Shown here in pieces: positions 59,001 to 64,000 of a DNA stretch of 64,000 nucleotides. The notes beneath the pieces were generated by a model, which saw only the letters and a program-made list of their open reading frames with translations, had not been told where the DNA came from and searched no databases. The number at the start of each line of letters is the position of its first letter. The first letter of the stretch is position 1. This DNA comes from a virus. The stretch spans positions 32,001 through 96,000 of the IMG/VR virus record IMGVR_UViG_3300008117_004020. The stretch is one strand, 5' to 3'. A program made the position numbers and the translations under genes.

Positions 59001-62000
59001 GAGCAGGTCTTGGAACACATGTTCTTTTTACTGTATCCCAATACATATTAGCAGGACATGATCCTGGACCACCTATATCAAATCTTGGAATTTCATATTT
59101 AATATCACCACCATTAGCATATCTACCTACATTTTGATAATAATTTTTTTGTAATGAAGGATTAGTAAAAATTCCTCTCTCCATTGATTTAGTAAGAGGA
59201 TTATAACTAAATGATTTTAATCCTTCTATACCAGGTAAATCCATTTCAGTAGTTGGAGTGATAGTTATATTTTTTCTAGGTAATACCCCTTTTTGTAAAA
59301 CATCACCTAATAATTCCCGATGTGTATCTAAAGGTCTACCTAATGAGGATTCAAGAGCTGATTGTTTTGCAAATAAATGTCTCCCAAATGGTTTATCAAA
59401 TATAGATCGTTTAAACATCCCACTATATGGTTGGCTTTTCAACCACCACGTTTTGTCACCTGTTAACTTACCAAGATCATTATGAATAATCCAATCATCA
59501 ATTGGAGTAACTTCTTCATCATATTTAAAATAATCTTTATATGGATCATCAAATTCAATTGGTGCTGCATCTGAAACATTATATTTCTTTTGTAACTTTT
59601 TAATATGTTTACTAGGATATGGATGATCTGGTCTTGGCATAAACATGTATGTTTCATCAGAAAGCCCTATTCCATTCTCAAACTCTGACATATAATACAT
59701 CCTACCATTTCTTTGCAAAAAAGGACCATCAGAATACCACACTGTTTTTCCTTCAGGGAAATTAGGAGTGCCTTTATAAGATACATTAGGCCCAATAAGC
59801 TCTTCTTCAAGAATACGATTAGCATAATATCTATCAGCAAGTTTTGTATTTAACTTACTGTTATTTAGCATTTTAGATACAATGACGCTTCTAGGACTGG
59901 GTATATTAGAAAGAAGACCTGATTCTGTACCTAAAGCTTTACGTGTTGCGTTTGCAATTTTTACTGGAGCATTTGTAACAGATTTAGAGCCAGGTAACAT
60001 TTTAAAACTACCTACACCTGCTACATCACCTAATACTCCTAAAGCTGGAAGTATATTACTAGTAATACCATCACTGTTAAACCCATATGGATTTTGTCCA
60101 ACAGCTAATTGCGTAAGTCTACCTGAAGAAGTTATGGGAGCTGTAATAGGATTCATATTTACAAATACCTCAGATCCAGCAGTAGCAGCATCATAATCTC
60201 TACCAGATGGTGTAGCCATAGCAGCTGTTTGTACTAATGCTGGTGTTTGTACTTTTCCCCATGCACCTCCCTTAGCTGTTGGGTCATTAGCTGGAGCTAT
60301 ATCACCTGTCTCATAATTAAACTTAGCTCCTGTTTCAAATGCACGTTGTTTATTTAATTCATACCTTCTTTTTTTAGATTGAGGTGATTCAGGTGTAGCT
60401 GGACCTACAAATGTTCTTCTAGCATTTTCTCTAGCACCAGCATCCATTTTTCTTTTTGTCTCAGCAGCTATAGCAGCACGTTGCATTACAGCTAAAGCGT
60501 CAGCATCTGTAGAATAGTTAGTAGTCTGTCCTAAATCCATCATCCAAGGATAAACTGTTCCTTTGGTTTGATATTTTTGTAATCCCCCTTCTTTATTAGG
60601 TGTAAGATTTTGCCATGCATCTATACCTCTATAGGTTTCTCCTAAATCTAAATTTTTGGGAACCTTGCCATATAACTTGTTTAAACGCGCTTGAATTTTT
60701 GAAGATGTTTCTGCATCATCCGCCATTTTTAAAAGATCCTCATAATGTTTAATTTGATTAGATACTACTGAATTTAAATCAACATAGTTAGCCAGCTCAT
60801 CTCCAAATACATAAATGTTTTTATTTCCTATGTCAAAGTTGGGATCCATCATGTTAGATGGATTAGCACGCATTACTCCTTTAGCTTGTGACCCAAGAGG
60901 TTTTCTACTCCATAAATACTCAGGTCTAAAATCTTTATGATATGGATTATAAGTATTTGCACCTCTTGTTAATTTTTGAAAAGTCCTTTCTAATGATAAA
61001 TTATGGTCAAAATCAGGATGATTTTTTAAATTATCTAAAGTTCTATTAACAGCATGATTAATAGCATCTTTCCAATCATACCCCATATTAGTAAAATCAC
61101 GAATATGTTTCTTATATTCATCCATGAATATTTGTTCATTAAACAACTGCTCATTAGTTACAAAATCTAATTTTGTTGGAACTTTTTGTTCTCCATATTG
61201 AGCTAAATTAACTAATCTATCACCTGCTGTTGGATTTTGAGAACTATAGTAAGTTCTTCCTTTTTGATTTTTTGCTGCTTCTTCAGCACCTTTTTCCTGT
61301 TGTTTTAAAAACTGCATATACTCTTCTGCTGTAGAAGGTATACCTGCTTTTTTATTAAACCAGCTATCTGTAACTCTTTGATTACGAGCTGCTAATCTAG
61401 AACTAGGAGGAAGCTCTTCTACAAAAACTGTTTCTGGATTATAGGTACTACCTGATGGTGTCCTTGTAGTCATTTTAAGCATACCAAGATCACCAGATAA
61501 TGCTAAAGCCCCTAGTATGTTTTGTCCTATACTATTATCTGCACTAAAATATGGATTGAATGTCTTAGGATCAAACATACTTCTACCAGCCCCATAAAGT
61601 CTGCTTGTTGACATAATAGGTCCAGTGATAAGAGGATTCATATTCACTGTAGTCTCAGCTCCTATTACACCAGCATCTACATTATCTCCTGTAGGCGTAA
61701 ACAATCCCATAGTTTGAGCTAAAGCGCTGTTTCTCTGAGCTTGACTTCTAGCATATTCTTGTGCAGATTGTTTTCTTTGTACATCGTACACTTTATTATA
61801 CTGCCCAATCTGAGGACCTGTTTGTACAGCCCTTTGTTCATTTCTTCTAGCTATAGCTAAAGCATCAGATGGAGAAACTCTATATCCTGTAGGATTAGTA
61901 ATAGGATGATAGGGTTGATCTGGTCCTACAGTGCCATCAGTTTGATATTGATGCAGTCCCCCATATCCTTTCTTATTAAGAAATTTTTTAACATAATTAA

Positions 62001-62580
62001 GCTGGTTCTTTATCTTTTCTTCATATACAGGATCTGATGCATACCTATTACCCGCTGCATTAATAAATCCTTTAGGCTTAAGTAAGTCTTCAAATGACTT
62101 TTCTCCTTTCTGTAAATAATCATTATACATTAAGTTAAGATAGTCACCAACAGATTGTTTTGCAGAAGGGTAGTCTTTAGTTAATCCTTCATCTGTATTA
62201 CCAATATTAAAATAATTATATTTGCTTTTAAGTTTTGTACCTAACCCACTTTCCATTTGACCTTGAGTTAATATCATTTCTAGTGGAGCTTGATAACCAG
62301 TCTTATTATAAAAGTCCATAGCTGCATCTGCTATATCTTTAGCCTTAAGAGATGTGCCTTTAAACACTGGGCGGTTTAAATACTTTTGAGCGCTATTCAG
62401 ATATGTATTATAATCAAAAGCGGGTTTTGTTGAACTTTCATTTCCTCCCATCATTCCCCTCATAAATGACCCAAGTCCAGATGCTATTTTAGACACTAAA
62501 GGATCAAAGATGTAATTTCCAACCTGTGCTTTTGGAAGTTTACCACTATAATAGTTGCTAAGTTTAGATTTTTTTGCCAT
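56071..62580 (-). CDS. Modular virion protein: GH73-like muramidase, repeated modules, C-terminal clan-CD-like protease
   Basis: QGQMESG...NYFNI...YASDPVY; internal duplications; YILGHHG...YLGSC. Confidence 0.7.
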   Translation of the reverse strand: MAKKSKLSNYYSGKLPKAQVGNYIFDPLVSKIASGLGSFMRGMMGGNESSTKPAFDYNTYLNSAQKYLNRPVFKGTSLKAKDIADAAMDFYNKTGYQAPLEMILTQGQMESGLGTKLKSKYNYFNIGNTDEGLTKDYPSAKQSVGDYLNLMYNDYLQKGEKSFEDLLKPKGFINAAGNRYASDPVYEEKIKNQLNYVKKFLNKKGYGGLHQYQTDGTVGPDQPYHPITNPTGYRVSPSDALAIARRNEQRAVQTGPQIGQYNKVYDVQRKQSAQEYARSQAQRNSALAQTMGLFTPTGDNVDAGVIGAETTVNMNPLITGPIMSTSRLYGAGRSMFDPKTFNPYFSADNSIGQNILGALALSGDLGMLKMTTRTPSGSTYNPETVFVEELPPSSRLAARNQRVTDSWFNKKAGIPSTAEEYMQFLKQQEKGAEEAAKNQKGRTYYSSQNPTAGDRLVNLAQYGEQKVPTKLDFVTNEQLFNEQIFMDEYKKHIRDFTNMGYDWKDAINHAVNRTLDNLKNHPDFDHNLSLERTFQKLTRGANTYNPYHKDFRPEYLWSRKPLGSQAKGVMRANPSNMMDPNFDIGNKNIYVFGDELANYVDLNSVVSNQIKHYEDLLKMADDAETSSKIQARLNKLYGKVPKNLDLGETYRGIDAWQNLTPNKEGGLQKYQTKGTVYPWMMDLGQTTNYSTDADALAVMQRAAIAAETKRKMDAGARENARRTFVGPATPESPQSKKRRYELNKQRAFETGAKFNYETGDIAPANDPTAKGGAWGKVQTPALVQTAAMATPSGRDYDAATAGSEVFVNMNPITAPITSSGRLTQLAVGQNPYGFNSDGITSNILPALGVLGDVAGVGSFKMLPGSKSVTNAPVKIANATRKALGTESGLLSNIPSPRSVIVSKMLNNSKLNTKLADRYYANRILEEELIGPNVSYKGTPNFPEGKTVWYSDGPFLQRNGRMYYMSEFENGIGLSDETYMFMPRPDHPYPSKHIKKLQKKYNVSDAAPIEFDDPYKDYFKYDEEVTPIDDWIIHNDLGKLTGDKTWWLKSQPYSGMFKRSIFDKPFGRHLFAKQSALESSLGRPLDTHRELLGDVLQKGVLPRKNITITPTTEMDLPGIEGLKSFSYNPLTKSMERGIFTNPSLQKNYYQNVGRYANGGDIKYEIPRFDIGGPGSCPANMYWDTVKRTCVPRPAPYITSDINDFNRRNQLASDSTNAAINSAVSIKENDLNSFNEKTITANNARPTLSTSDKSYKDKKSVAKSVTKYKNQPLVRHTTQQYKDKLIKEGNDPKAVDEFVDQSASVISGNQIINPVAITDYHVDSKHYDEKGNLVDTASTQYAPEFQEAKQKVEFNPSFAINYVDYQGKQQTVYVKDYDSWKKLKDRFSGSRAFQSSEEDGSKSAASLSLGQINTTPLEYLKTDKIESPYELTMYTDTGKKNINLKTNKERQEYIDKWNADPNPEYSIGYNGVFNADDLFDSKPSEKVKEPIEEVFPTKKWGGSANQLSLGTTAKQGKVINDDRGQWAHPGKNTRVFSPSITMDGVPYPVEAHANTGQKIIMQPGQDYYFPGADYVDEYPMMQKGGTLPPIYTNDPNDPRLKAHGDSAVNFQRYPAVGFVEHYDHVESAQERKENLKKYRESVKKNPKFKELFKNAEYAIKQKQYPAGVKYSNEWVDLGGGTGGHKRTYVYDKPKQPVIYREATLHPKRGAVKNERESQAPEYNILPLTRQVAGDISGKVNMSTPYRVDYTDESGKRASQYFPSEKEGSQFMQELQSRPIGIGTGTTGYYDRKYGGNIMQGGGDISIPVLAPKIPKYQKKGTVKHYVFPEDPNAGLPGPRTTSAFIQEAKNLQTYIGKNYPNEEVVIMPGYGKEYFDKQVVPTLGKITKDDRVYILGHHGSRYAGIPNDLWGDALEQAQRRAGDFNCYLGSCSTNDLVGVNDPKNFYPNPPSFSRVSNFYYRPDRPWLGINPNAPAYGDSRVGVLDAMFSRTYYHPDTEKYYRERENYYDNKMDIYYNSKPEVKKLNKELSELFDKARGEGGYYTEQAAQQRWNIFEKLDSLKRIAESKIIKDPKYISLDNKLSRTTGPRVTKDIKYGIDYAKKDKFNPYVHQDKRVEFKQKNPQEYQPTLGEMLNYTNLQYNYGGYVSKPSKKSMKEGGLLKDYYNMKIKK

Positions 62581-62581
62581 T

Positions 62582-64000
62582 TTATCTAAATGATTTAGTC
62601 ATTTTTTGATTAGACAATCTAAATAACATTTTAACATCATCAGATACCATCCTCTTTAATAATATCTTATTAAGATAGTGTCTGATTTTTTTATGTTGTA
62701 AAGATGTCTTTTGATAATTTACATAGCGATCATTTAATTCTCTCTCATATCCATTAGCTGCTGTTTCCCATATAGGTTGATAGTTAGTTATAAACTCCCC
62801 GCGATTACGCGTGACATCCCAAAACTGATTAAACCTATACTTATTCTCTTCCTTAGAATACAATATATCAATATTACTAGACTTGACAATAGGATATTCT
62901 ATTAGAGCTATAGGATCATTCTTAGGTTTAAGAACTAGTCTTAGATTACCTGATGTTTGTTCTGTATTATGAATAACAGCCCTGTCAAAGTTCCAATCCA
63001 GAATATGATTCTTGTCTTGACATGTACCATCATATTTATAGCATTCCAACTGATACTCTACACTCTTTAATGTTGCCACCTCTTGTCCTGTAGATGATAC
63101 AAACTCCACCTCAAATGGGTAATTTACACCATAGAAATTACAGAATAGGTCACAACGATCATTATGTCTGTAGATGTCTGTTCCTTTAGTTGTCAAGAAA
63201 TGACTTTTAGAAGGAAGGACTAAATCAGGATGCCAGTCATGGAAACTAATCCAAGACTGTGATTTAACATCATAACTCACTGTAAATGAAGCATCTTCAA
63301 AATATAAAGGATCACCTAAATATATAGTTCTTGTTGCTCCTATTTTAAAGATGTTTGCCTTATGGTACACTAATGTGGAAGCATACTCATCTCTCACCTT
63401 ATAGTCCTTCTTACATAAATAAAGAATATTGTTAATATTATCATATGTAAGTTGGACACCCACTCCCAAAATCGGATTATCTGACAACTCAAAATCAGGA
63501 TATGACTTAAGCAAATATGAAGGGAGGTATTTAGCAAACCACCATTTGAGTCCTGCATTAGATATTTCTTGCAATCCTTGTGCAAAATAAAACACCCTTC
63601 CTTGGTTCTGACTCACCCAGAATAAACCCATAGGTGTATTTAATACAGCACCAGAGTTTTGACATGATCCATATTCATAGACATATTCAGCATTACTTGC
63701 TGCTTGCATTGGAGTACCAAAAAGCCCACCATCACCAATAGTCACTTTTACTCCATTAGTAGTCTGAAGTTGATCCACCCCAGCAAAGAAATCAGGACTT
63801 GCATTTTTAAATAATATAATAGATCCAGACTGATTGATTGACTTCATAGAAACAACAGTACTAGAAAAATCATAATAGTTATTAGCTAAAAATACTCTCC
63901 AATTATCTTTTTTAAGTTCTTTTTGTGTAGGCAGTGAATATATAGCTCTTGATGAATAGTAGGAATAACAAGAAGAAGCCACCTCAGGATCATAGTCTTT
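62582..64000 (-). CDS. Tail stabilization-type structural protein (5' end outside window)
   Basis: Frame open to the window edge; beta-propeller-like YGSCQN, FTVSYD..SWISFHDW; genomic position. Confidence 0.65.
   Translation of the reverse strand, partial: KDYDPEVASSCYSYYSSRAIYSLPTQKELKKDNWRVFLANNYYDFSSTVVSMKSINQSGSIILFKNASPDFFAGVDQLQTTNGVKVTIGDGGLFGTPMQAASNAEYVYEYGSCQNSGAVLNTPMGLFWVSQNQGRVFYFAQGLQEISNAGLKWWFAKYLPSYLLKSYPDFELSDNPILGVGVQLTYDNINNILYLCKKDYKVRDEYASTLVYHKANIFKIGATRTIYLGDPLYFEDASFTVSYDVKSQSWISFHDWHPDLVLPSKSHFLTTKGTDIYRHNDRCDLFCNFYGVNYPFEVEFVSSTGQEVATLKSVEYQLECYKYDGTCQDKNHILDWNFDRAVIHNTEQTSGNLRLVLKPKNDPIALIEYPIVKSSNIDILYSKEENKYRFNQFWDVTRNRGEFITNYQPIWETAANGYERELNDRYVNYQKTSLQHKKIRHYLNKILLKRMVSDDVKMLFRLSNQKMTKSFR

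Noticed and set aside
26867-63585. Numerous 60-115 aa ORFs opposite or out of frame within the giant genes
   Set aside because: Shadow ORFs fully nested in long genes, with no recognisable motifs
26104-64000. Stop-codon reassignment, as in some crAss-like phages
   Set aside because: Multi-kb ORFs are uninterrupted and tightly packed in code 11; TAG and TGA end genes normally elsewhere in the window

Overview
64 kb segment of an AT-rich, crAss-like (Crassvirales-type) dsDNA phage, probably infecting Bacteroidota (TAnnTTTG promoter boxes, A-rich SD-less starts). It reads cleanly in standard code 11. Layout: 1-7 kb small early/accessory ORFs plus SF2 helicase and UDG (+ strand); 7.1-11.9 kb an inverted (-) island of lysis genes and modular surface/decoration genes; 12.1-26 kb replication/transcription module (DnaA-C HTH, DnaB, AAA ATPase, SSB-like, primase, HNH, ECF sigma, SPL-like radical SAM, exonuclease, family B polymerase, dNMP kinase) (+); 26-64 kb giant virion/cargo genes (-), including the virion RNA polymerase (DFDYD). 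Most notable observations: (i) three adjacent cargo proteins whose domains are delimited by a recurring GG/QxxG linker motif, the largest carrying duplicated carrier modules and a C-terminal clan-CD-like Cys protease; (ii) a four-way-junction RNA between a late-type promoter and the lysis operon; (iii) a 124-bp palindrome with 9-bp-periodic TTAACT repeats; (iv) a repeated CC-terminated anchor domain fused to different payloads; (v) a His-rich DUF cluster with a disrupted member. All family calls come from motif recognition by eye; no searches were run.
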